64,000 bases of DNA, from IMG/VR virus record IMGVR_UViG_3300044997_001199, positions 1 to 64,000 of that record, one strand, 5' to 3'. A program made the translations under genes and the position numbers. Positions 1-7,572 of this stretch are shown one piece after another (the stretch's first letter is position 1; every line of letters begins with the position of its first letter). The notes under the pieces are model-generated. The model worked only from the letters and a program-made list of their open reading frames with translations, ran no database searches and was not told where the DNA came from.

Positions 1-2
1 AT

Positions 3-359
3 ACTGCCCGAGGTAAAATCTGTGATCGTGATGCGATCGCCCGAGCTTTAGAAAGTGGTCATTTAGCAGGATACGCAGGAGATGTCTGGTTTCCACAACC
101 AGCACCCCAAAACCATCCATGGCGCACTATGCCAAATCATGGCATGACTCCACATATTTCTGGAACCAGTTTGAGTGCTCAGACTCGTTATGCGGCAGGT
201 GTGCGAGAAGTATTGGAATGTTATTTTGAACACCGCCCTATTCGCAATGAGTACTTAGTGGTCAAAGATGGTGTGTTGGCCGGTGTTGGCGCCCACAGTT
301 ACTCCAAAGGTAATGCCACAGGTGGTAGTGAAGAGGCGACAAAATATAAATATAGATAG
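3..359 (+). CDS. fdh: NAD-dependent formate dehydrogenase, C-terminal part (5' truncated by window edge)
   Basis: Frame open from base 3: TARGKICDRDAIARALESGHLAGYAGDVWFPQPAPQNHPWRTMPNHGMTPHISGTSLSAQTRYAAGVREVLECYF...AHSYSKGNATGGSEEA, recognisably the C-terminus of bacterial NAD-FDH (Pseudomonas sp. 101 type) including the catalytic PHISG motif. Confidence 0.93.
   Translation, partial: TARGKICDRDAIARALESGHLAGYAGDVWFPQPAPQNHPWRTMPNHGMTPHISGTSLSAQTRYAAGVREVLECYFEHRPIRNEYLVVKDGVLAGVGAHSYSKGNATGGSEEATKYKYR
345..352 (+). promoter_or_regulatory. T4-type late promoter TATAAATA overlapping the fdh 3' end
   Basis: Exact T4 late consensus; directly upstream of a tmRNA-acceptor-like fragment, as for the intact tmRNA at 48470. 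Confidence 0.55.
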
Positions 360-360
360 T

Positions 361-415
361 AGGTATTGCTGTATGAAGTATAAGGAAAGATGAAGTATAA
401 GGAAAGGTGGTTTGG
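361..415 (+). pseudogene. Truncated copy of the 5' part of the tmRNA acceptor piece
   Basis: Removing one 17-bp duplicate gives AGGTATTGCTGTATGAAGTATAAGGAAAGGTGGTTTGG, a 33/38 match to the minus-strand tmRNA acceptor start (48430-48467) AGTTATTGCTGTATGAAGTTGAAGGAAAGGTGTTCTGG. Confidence 0.7.
373..406 (+). repeat. Perfect 17-bp tandem duplication ATGAAGTATAAGGAAAG x2
   Basis: 373-389 and 390-406 are identical. Confidence 0.97.
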
Positions 416-434
416 TGGCACCAAACCACCCTAC
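406..434 (-). repeat. GTAG-family REP-like palindrome
   Basis: Minus strand GTAG + GGTGGTTTGGTG-C-CACCAAACCACC (perfect 12-bp inverted repeat after a GTAG tetranucleotide). Confidence 0.6.
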
Positions 435-527
435 GACAACATCACTGGTATCAGCCGCGCTGTGATGAAAGACAATGCGCGGGAAACCATTGCCAACTAC
501 AACGGTAATGCTCGACCCGGAGAATAG
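429..527 (+). pseudogene. Possible orphan 3' end of a gene (PYDNITGISRAVMKDNARETIANYNGNARPGE*)
   Basis: Open frame starting inside the REP end, phage-like codons, followed by GGTAAAT; no start or RBS. Confidence 0.3.
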
Positions 528-651
528 TGGTAAATTTGGCAGTGGCCCGCTAAACGGGTTCTGAGTGACAGCGTTGTATACAAGGGTGCCGACACAATCT
601 AAACTTCCGATGTTGTTCAGCGACCCAAATTGTCAAGAAGGAGATGTTTAG

Positions 652-1020
652 ATGAAGCGCGTTGTTCTGACTGCCCTGCTGTTGGGCTTTGCCGCTCCGG
701 TCCTGGCCGACGATGCCCCCTACACGGTCAAGGACGGGCTGGTCGATGGCAAGACCTTCAAGGGTTTCCAAACGTGGCGCTCTGCGGCCTGCGAGCGTTG
801 CCACGGTGCCAACCAGGAGGGCCTGGTCGGTCCATCCCTGATTGATTCGCTCAAAAAGATGACCAAGGACGAGGTGATGACCACGATCGCCAAAGGCCGG
901 CCGGAAAGGGGCATGCCCCCGCACGACGCGCTCGGTGCCGAAAAAATCGATGCGCTCTACTCTTACCTCAAGGGTCGATCTGACGGCGCATTTCCGACCA
1001 AGGTCAAGTCGTTCGAGTAA
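652..1020 (+). CDS. Exported monohaem class I cytochrome c
   Basis: Signal peptide (MKRVVLTALLLGFAAPVLA), CERCH haem motif, distal Met in RGMPP, strong RBS AAGGAG; GC3-rich codons unlike the phage genes. Confidence 0.9.
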   Translation: MKRVVLTALLLGFAAPVLADDAPYTVKDGLVDGKTFKGFQTWRSAACERCHGANQEGLVGPSLIDSLKKMTKDEVMTTIAKGRPERGMPPHDALGAEKIDALYSYLKGRSDGAFPTKVKSFE

Positions 1021-1278
1021 GCCGCTCCTGCCGGTTGGCGCCTCCCGATGTGAGAAAAACAAGTAAGTCCGGTGGGCGATGCTCAGTTTGCCATCGGGGC
1101 GATCCATAGAGGCACGGTAACTGCCGAGAACGGACGAGATGGGCGACGCGGCCGGTATTGGCATTGGCGCGGCTTACTACCGGCAATCGGGACAGGTGTT
1201 TGTGTGCTTGACCTGACCGATCAGCTGGGCGAGTCTGCAAAAATTCATAAATAATTTCGTAGAACACCGAGATAACGC

Positions 1279-1425
1279 ATGGTCAAACCCAAACCTACTG
1301 AAGTAACCCCTTGATATCTGCGCAACATCACCTTGACCCTGGCAGTGTCCTATACCGGTACCAACAGTGACTTGTTATATAAACTGGGCTGGGAAGAACC
1401 CACAAACCAGACGGAATCAAAATGA
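1279..1425 (+). pseudogene. Small phage ORF with one in-frame TGA (1312-1314)
   Basis: MVKPKPTEVTP*YLRNITLTLAVSYTGTNSDLLYKLGWEEPTNQTESK*; follows TAAATA at 1248 and ends in an ATGA overlap with the nuclease start. Confidence 0.5.
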
Positions 1426-1868
1426 AAACAATCTTAGCAACAGTGTTTACAGTATTCGCAATGATGGGCTCAGCCTATGCGCAGAAGCAGCCCAAAAATT
1501 CAGCCACAAATGACGCACAGGTCCTGCGTGTGATTGACGGCGATACCATCATTATCTCAGCACCATTCCTGCCAGCACCACTCAAGCCAGAACTCGCAGT
1601 TCGCATCTACGGAGTGGACACTCCGGAAAAAGGCCACCGTGCGCAGTGCCCAAGCGAAGATCAACGTGGGCAACTGGCTACCAAGTTTACCACACAGGCC
1701 GTGGCCCAGAGCACGGAGCGACGAGTGGTACTCTATGGTTGGGACAAGTTTGGTGGACGCGTGCTGGGCGACATCATGTTGGACGGTCGCAGCCTGCGTG
1801 CCATGCTAATCGAACAAGGGCTGGCGCGTGAGTACCACGGCGAAACCAAACAGAGCTGGTGCCGGTAA
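1422..1868 (+). CDS. Thermonuclease (SNase-like) family nuclease
   Basis: VIDGDT, RIYGVDTPE, DKFGGRVLG and GLAREY motifs; N-terminal signal-like segment. Confidence 0.9.
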   Translation: MKTILATVFTVFAMMGSAYAQKQPKNSATNDAQVLRVIDGDTIIISAPFLPAPLKPELAVRIYGVDTPEKGHRAQCPSEDQRGQLATKFTTQAVAQSTERRVVLYGWDKFGGRVLGDIMLDGRSLRAMLIEQGLAREYHGETKQSWCR

Positions 1869-3017
1869 CTAGATCTTGAACCACGACAGGTACTGATGCA
1901 CCCGATTGGTCACTGACGCCCAGTCATCAAATGCCGATTGCCGAAACAGTCTCGCGGCGGAATACCACGGCGAATCATCGCGATCCAACAGCCAGCGCCA
2001 GTCCACTCCAAACTTTTGCAACATCACCCAGGTGGGACGACCCAACGCACCACCGAGGTGTGCGATCGCAGTGTCCACACTGAGTATGACATCTTGATGA
2101 GCGATCAAGGCAGCGGTGTCGTGGAATCCGCGTATGGTACCGGGATACAGTTTCACACCGGCTGCAGCCAGAGCAGCACTTTCCTCTTCGGTGGCGTCGA
2201 TCTGTAGATTGGTCCACTCATACTGAGGATTTTTCTCAATTAGATCTAGCATGACTCGGAAAGGCATGCCCTTGTGCTGGTTCAGCCAGGAATCTCTACG
2301 GCCGGACCAGGAAAAACCCACACGCATGCGAGTTTTTGGTCCCAGGCGCTCCTGCCATCTCTGGGTCAACTCACGGTCCGCAGACATGTAACTGACTGGC
2401 CGCGGCAGATTGTCGTAGGTCACACCCAATATTCCGGGAATGCTCATGACAGGCACCCAAACATCAAACTCGCCCGGGTCATCGGTGTAGGTACCAGCCC
2501 AGGCAACCACAGCACTGCCTTGGAACATGGGCACCAGGCCCGCGGTGACCTGCAATTTTATTCGTGCACCCATGACATGCAGATTGTAGGCAAAACGAGA
2601 AAACTGTATGTTGTCTCCGTGGCCTTGCTCGCCTACGATTAGCACAGTCTTGCCCTGGAGGTCTTCACCACGCCATCGCGGCTGTGCAAACTTGGGTTCG
2701 GTTCCGGCTAGATGTTCGTAGTTCCATCGGGCCTCGTAGGCCGGCCATCCCTGGCGCAGATTGCCCATGAGAAGATGAGTGACAGCCAGATTGAACTGTG
2801 CAGTGACATTGTTGGGTTCCAGCGTCAGAGCCTGCTGTAAAAAAGGTACGGCTGATCCTGGCTCCCCTATTTCTCGCAGCACGTTGCCGTAGTTGTTAAA
2901 GGCCGCAGCTGATCTGCGATCCTGTGCAAAGGCCTGTGCATAACAGGTCAGTGCCTGCTCGTACTGACGCTGTTCTCTGTGTTGATTGCCGATTACAATG
3001 AGTTCTTGGGTTTGCAT
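1869..3017 (-). CDS. TPR-repeat protein fused to a GT9/heptosyltransferase-like domain
   Basis: TPR helices (AFNNYGNVLRE, AQFNLA) then EQGHGDNIQF and DVILSVDTAIAHLGGALGRPTW..DWRW motifs. Confidence 0.8.
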   Translation of the reverse strand: MQTQELIVIGNQHREQRQYEQALTCYAQAFAQDRRSAAAFNNYGNVLREIGEPGSAVPFLQQALTLEPNNVTAQFNLAVTHLLMGNLRQGWPAYEARWNYEHLAGTEPKFAQPRWRGEDLQGKTVLIVGEQGHGDNIQFSRFAYNLHVMGARIKLQVTAGLVPMFQGSAVVAWAGTYTDDPGEFDVWVPVMSIPGILGVTYDNLPRPVSYMSADRELTQRWQERLGPKTRMRVGFSWSGRRDSWLNQHKGMPFRVMLDLIEKNPQYEWTNLQIDATEEESAALAAAGVKLYPGTIRGFHDTAALIAHQDVILSVDTAIAHLGGALGRPTWVMLQKFGVDWRWLLDRDDSPWYSAARLFRQSAFDDWASVTNRVHQYLSWFKI

Positions 3018-3061
3018 GGAAGATATTTACTCACGCTAGATAATTGATTGTAGATTATTGG

Positions 3062-3067
3062 TAAATA
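3062..3067 (+). promoter_or_regulatory. Late promoter TAAATA, with a divergent copy on the minus strand at 3024-3029
   Basis: Same hexamer recurs upstream of many structural genes. Confidence 0.6.
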
Positions 3068-3151
3068 CTTGTCAACGCAAACGGCGTTTTATGCGGAAAC
3101 CACCGCGTAGTGGCTAGAACCCACATCGGACTTCTTTAAAGGAGAAAACAA

Positions 3152-3901
3152 ATGGGACGTCCTCTCAAAATTCAAAAACTTTCCACCGGCTCGGGCAACA
3201 GCGGAGAGTCAGTCGGTGTGGATCTTGGCTTTCCTAACTTTGGAAGCCTGACCAATCCGGTCTACAACACCGCTGACACCCTCAACAGCACACAGTTTCT
3301 GGGTGTGGTTGGTGGAGCCAACCCCACAGATACCCCCAGCACCACATTTCCTCGAGTGAGAGTGATTGTCAACATACAGCTGACATCAGGATCGGGTCAA
3401 GGTGTGGCCACTGGTTACATCATCCGCCAAAAAGGTGCCCACAAGTACCTGGTAGGATCAACCACTACCGTCCAGGACGAAGGCATCGTGACTGGAAATT
3501 CCTACATCATTGCCACAGTGGGCAGCACTGACTGGACACTGTTTGGCGCACCAGCTGGCTATGCAGTGGGCACAGTGTTTACAGCCACTGCAGAAGGTTC
3601 CAACAACGGCAATGGTACCTGTAACCTAGTGGGAGTCTGCGTGCTGGATGACGATACCACACCTGCTGCAGGATTGATGGCCATTACCTATACCCTGGGC
3701 GACTCCACGGCCACTACCATCAGCAAATTAACCAACAAGTGGTTGTTGAACTGGGCCGGCGGCAGTGATTATGCTGCTACCAGTGTGGTCAATAATCAAC
3801 GCTATGCGGCCAACTTCTTCACCGACGAAGGCACAGTGATCAAGTCAGGCACACCGCAAACCGCTGTGGAACTGGCCATAGTAGACAACGTCACCTCATA
3901 A
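3152..3901 (+). CDS. Hypothetical virion structural protein
   Basis: 249-aa Thr/Gly-rich ORF, RBS AAGGAG, late promoter upstream. Confidence 0.75.
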   Translation: MGRPLKIQKLSTGSGNSGESVGVDLGFPNFGSLTNPVYNTADTLNSTQFLGVVGGANPTDTPSTTFPRVRVIVNIQLTSGSGQGVATGYIIRQKGAHKYLVGSTTTVQDEGIVTGNSYIIATVGSTDWTLFGAPAGYAVGTVFTATAEGSNNGNGTCNLVGVCVLDDDTTPAAGLMAITYTLGDSTATTISKLTNKWLLNWAGGSDYAATSVVNNQRYAANFFTDEGTVIKSGTPQTAVELAIVDNVTS

Positions 3902-3950
3902 AAGTGTTGTGATATCCGGTCCTTCCAGATACATACTGGAAGGACTTTTT

Positions 3951-4538
3951 ATGCCCGCAGCATTTGTGTTAGGTAATGGACGCAGTCGTCTAGCAGTGAA
4001 TCTCCACGAATTAAAACTTCGCGGGCCTATCTATGGATGCAATGCTCTCTATAGGGAATTTGTTCCTGACACATTGATCAGCACAGATCGACCTATCAGT
4101 GAGCGCATACAGCAGGAAGGATATGCGCTTAAAAATCGCATGTATACCCGCAAGCCCATGGCTCAATGGGGGGCTTTGCCGGTACCTCAAGAATACTATG
4201 GATTCAGTTCAGGGCCAATCGCAATGGCACAGGCCGCACTGGACGGCCATTGTGTGCTGTATCTCCTGGGATTTGACCTTGGTCCAGATGCCTTGGGCAA
4301 ATTCAACAATGTCTATGTTGACACAGAATTTTATAAAAAAAGCTCGGCCAGTCCCACCTTTACTGGTAACTGGGTCCGGCAAATCTGTCAGATAATGAAA
4401 ACCTTTCAGCGAGTGAGTTTTGTCAGAGTAGCCGGAGATACCACTGCTCCTGTTGCGGAATTCCAAACACATCACAATCACTGTGTCATGCCAATAACGG
4501 AATTTTTAGACCGTATAAATAATCTAAAGGATCTATAA
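3951..4538 (+). CDS. Hypothetical protein, possibly a sugar/nucleotide transferase-like fold
   Basis: AFVLGNGRSR...GCNALYR...LLGFD pattern; ATG at 3951 after RBS. Confidence 0.6.
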   Translation: MPAAFVLGNGRSRLAVNLHELKLRGPIYGCNALYREFVPDTLISTDRPISERIQQEGYALKNRMYTRKPMAQWGALPVPQEYYGFSSGPIAMAQAALDGHCVLYLLGFDLGPDALGKFNNVYVDTEFYKKSSASPTFTGNWVRQICQIMKTFQRVSFVRVAGDTTAPVAEFQTHHNHCVMPITEFLDRINNLKDL

Positions 4539-7130
4539 ATGGCCACTTTCAAGCGCATCAATGGCAATTATACTATCAAAACTCTAAATCACACGGACAC
4601 AGTCACTGTGGACGCTGTCAACACTGTGATCACCGGCGATCTAACAGTGCAGGGCAATGCCACATTGGTTGGTAATATCAATGCTGATCGTATTTTTTAT
4701 GGTAATTCCAGCGTGGAAATACCTGTTCCGGGCGGCAATGTCGCGGTGTCAGTGGACGGAACCAGCAACGTAGCGGTGTTTTCGTCATCGACGCTGTCGG
4801 TGTCTGGCAACATTGCAGGCAACTACTTTCTAGGCAACGGCAGTCAGTTGATCGGGGTGGTAGCCACGGATCTTGGCGTGATACCCACTCTCAGCGTGAC
4901 CGGAAATATCGATGCAGGCAATGTGCGTACCGCTGATCAGATCTCGGCCACAGGCGATGTCACTGGCGGCAACCTGCTGACATCGGGCAATGTGTCCTCT
5001 CAAGGCAATGTAATTGCCACGCAGTTCCGTGGTGACCTGATTGGCAGTGTGTTTGCTGACGATTCCAGCTTGATCGTGGATGCCATTGACAGTTGTATCT
5101 TTGCTAACTCAGTAGCAGCACTGGGCAACGTCACTGGCGGCAATTTCATCACTGCAGGAACAATCACTGCCACTGGTAATATCGTTACTGCAGGAACCTT
5201 TGTTGGTAATTTTTCAGGCAACATCACTGGAAATTTAACAGTGCCCGGATCCAACACACAGATCATTTTCAACAATCAGGACAATGCAGCGGCATCAAGT
5301 GCATTTACCTTTGACTCGGCCGGTAATACTCTGACTGTGGCAGGTACGGCCACAGTCACAGGCAACGTCGTGGCTGGCAACGTCAATACCGCTGATCAGA
5401 TATCAGCAACCGGCAATGTCACCGCAGGCAATGTGTTGGTCGGGGACACGGTCAATGCCACCACGTATACCGGAACCGCAGTTTCTGTGACCGGTAACGT
5501 CACTGGTGGCAACCTGATTTCCAGCAACATTGTGTCCAGCAACCTTACCATGACAGCAGCAAATGTGACCTTTGCGCTGTCAGGCAATGTAAATCTAGGC
5601 ACCAGTTATATCAACAATGTAAACTCTCCCATACAAGGCAGTGATGCAGCTACCAAACAATATGTAGACGATTCGGTGTCCACCGGAATCATCATACACA
5701 CCCCGGTTCGTGTGGAGTCGCCCACAGCTCTGACTGCCACGTATGCACCGGGGGGAAATGTGTTCACGGTGACCGATACCATAGACGGCAACACCGTGGT
5801 GTTCAGCACCGCGGCCAACCTGCAGGTCAACGACCAGTTGTGGTTTGCCAATTCTTTCCAAGGTATCACAGCCAACAACGCTTATTTCGTGGTGTCCGCA
5901 CCCAACACCAGCGCAGCGGTGTTGACCACTACCTACAATGGTTTGCCGGTCAGCAATATCACATCGGCGTCGGGGATGACTCAATCGGTGCGTGTGAATT
6001 CAGGTGTCGGTGCCACCCTGACCAATGCCGGGGACAATGCTGCATTGATAATCGATGGTATCACACTGGCAGCCAACGATCGGGTATTAGTGTATACTCA
6101 GGCCAATGCTGCTCACAATGGTGTATACACAGTGAGCAACGTGGGCAATGCCACTGTGGCCTGGGTCATGACCAGGTCTTCCGACACAGATACATATGCA
6201 CCAGACGACATCAACGCCTTGGACGCCGGTGATTATTTTTTTGTACAACAAGGTGACACCGGCGAGGGCGAAAGCTATGTGATGACCTTACCAGTGGGTC
6301 CACTGATCATAGGCTACAACAATCTGGTGTTCACACAATTTTCAGCCAGCAAGGCCTATCAAGCCGGCGATGGGCTGACACTGACTGGCACCACATTCAG
6401 TGTTAATATTGACAACACTACCACGGCCATCGTGGCCGATGTGGTAGTAGTTAAATCTGGAGCCAACCTAGTCACACCCAACATTGGCAATGCTACAGGC
6501 AACAGTCTCACACTGGACGGCAACGGTGCGATCAATACAACCACGGCCACGGCCACCGGTAACATTGTTGGTGGTAATGTCCTAACCGCAGGCCTGATTT
6601 CGGCCACTGGCAATGTGTCAGGCGGTAACTTGTCGGCCGGGCTTGGCACAGTTACCCTTGGCAATATCGTAAATGCCAACGGCAACGGAGTAGGCAATAT
6701 CGGCAGTGCTTCGTTGTATTTCGATACAGTGTTTGCCAAGGCTACGTCTGCGCAATACGCGGACTTGGCCGAAATGTATGCAGCAGACAGTCACTACGAA
6801 ACGGGCACAGTATTGTCCATGGGCGGAACCCACGAAGTAACATTATCTAATCATGCCAACGATCAACGAGTGGCCGGAGTAGTGTCGGCCAATCCGGCCT
6901 ATATCATGAACACAACTATCCAGGCACAATATCCAGTAGCATTGGCATTGGCCGGTCGCGTTCCTACCAATGTGATTGGCCCAGTACGCAAAGGAGACAT
7001 GATGGTAGCAGCTGGTAACGGCCGCGCACAGTCCTGCACCGCACCTGCGATTGGTACCGTGATTGGCAAAAGTCTCGAGGATTTCGATGGAATCCACGGC
7101 ACTATCGAAATAATAGTGGGCCGCCTGTGA
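4539..7130 (+). CDS. Fibre/appendage protein with GN-rich repeats and C-terminal intramolecular chaperone (peptidase G2-like) domain
   Basis: TGNV-GGN repeats; C-terminal SAQYADLAEMY...AGVVSANPAYIMN...GRVP...GDMMV...IGKSLE. Confidence 0.8.
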   Translation: MATFKRINGNYTIKTLNHTDTVTVDAVNTVITGDLTVQGNATLVGNINADRIFYGNSSVEIPVPGGNVAVSVDGTSNVAVFSSSTLSVSGNIAGNYFLGNGSQLIGVVATDLGVIPTLSVTGNIDAGNVRTADQISATGDVTGGNLLTSGNVSSQGNVIATQFRGDLIGSVFADDSSLIVDAIDSCIFANSVAALGNVTGGNFITAGTITATGNIVTAGTFVGNFSGNITGNLTVPGSNTQIIFNNQDNAAASSAFTFDSAGNTLTVAGTATVTGNVVAGNVNTADQISATGNVTAGNVLVGDTVNATTYTGTAVSVTGNVTGGNLISSNIVSSNLTMTAANVTFALSGNVNLGTSYINNVNSPIQGSDAATKQYVDDSVSTGIIIHTPVRVESPTALTATYAPGGNVFTVTDTIDGNTVVFSTAANLQVNDQLWFANSFQGITANNAYFVVSAPNTSAAVLTTTYNGLPVSNITSASGMTQSVRVNSGVGATLTNAGDNAALIIDGITLAANDRVLVYTQANAAHNGVYTVSNVGNATVAWVMTRSSDTDTYAPDDINALDAGDYFFVQQGDTGEGESYVMTLPVGPLIIGYNNLVFTQFSASKAYQAGDGLTLTGTTFSVNIDNTTTAIVADVVVVKSGANLVTPNIGNATGNSLTLDGNGAINTTTATATGNIVGGNVLTAGLISATGNVSGGNLSAGLGTVTLGNIVNANGNGVGNIGSASLYFDTVFAKATSAQYADLAEMYAADSHYETGTVLSMGGTHEVTLSNHANDQRVAGVVSANPAYIMNTTIQAQYPVALALAGRVPTNVIGPVRKGDMMVAAGNGRAQSCTAPAIGTVIGKSLEDFDGIHGTIEIIVGRL

Positions 7131-7152
7131 TGTCAGACCTGGACAGTACTGC

Positions 7153-7572
7153 CTAGGTCACCGAGTCGAGTTTTTGTAATACAGACTCTATGTTCACGGT
7201 ATTCCATAGTCCAGGGTGCATGGGCCGAGGCCATTGACCTGGGTCGATCCAGGCATATCCCAGGTGCTCGGTGTTCAGTCGCGGTTGGAACTCGTCCTTG
7301 ATCACACAGATCCAGGTGTTGTATTCAAATCTACCGTCGGCTGTGGTGAACTTTTCCAATGGAACCAACCGACGATAGGTCGGAAAATGCCCCAATTCTT
7401 CGCTGCATTCTCTTTGCATGCCTTGTAGCAGGGTTTCCCCAGGCTCAATTTTTCCACCGGGCAATCCCCAAGTTCCGGGATTTTTACAATCATTTCTTAG
7501 CAAGTAGAGATACCGCTCAGTGGCAGCACTCCTGAACCATACACCCACTGCCTTTACAACACCAGTCTCCAT
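7153..7572 (-). CDS. NUDIX hydrolase
   Basis: Nudix box GGKIEPGETLLQGMQRECSEELG; start position uncertain. Confidence 0.88.
   Translation of the reverse strand: METGVVKAVGVWFRSAATERYLYLLRNDCKNPGTWGLPGGKIEPGETLLQGMQRECSEELGHFPTYRRLVPLEKFTTADGRFEYNTWICVIKDEFQPRLNTEHLGYAWIDPGQWPRPMHPGLWNTVNIESVLQKLDSVT

Noticed and set aside
1072-1254. 60-aa ORF after the cytochrome c
   Set aside because: No recognisable motif, crosses the apparent foreign/phage joint, and competing frames are equally plausible
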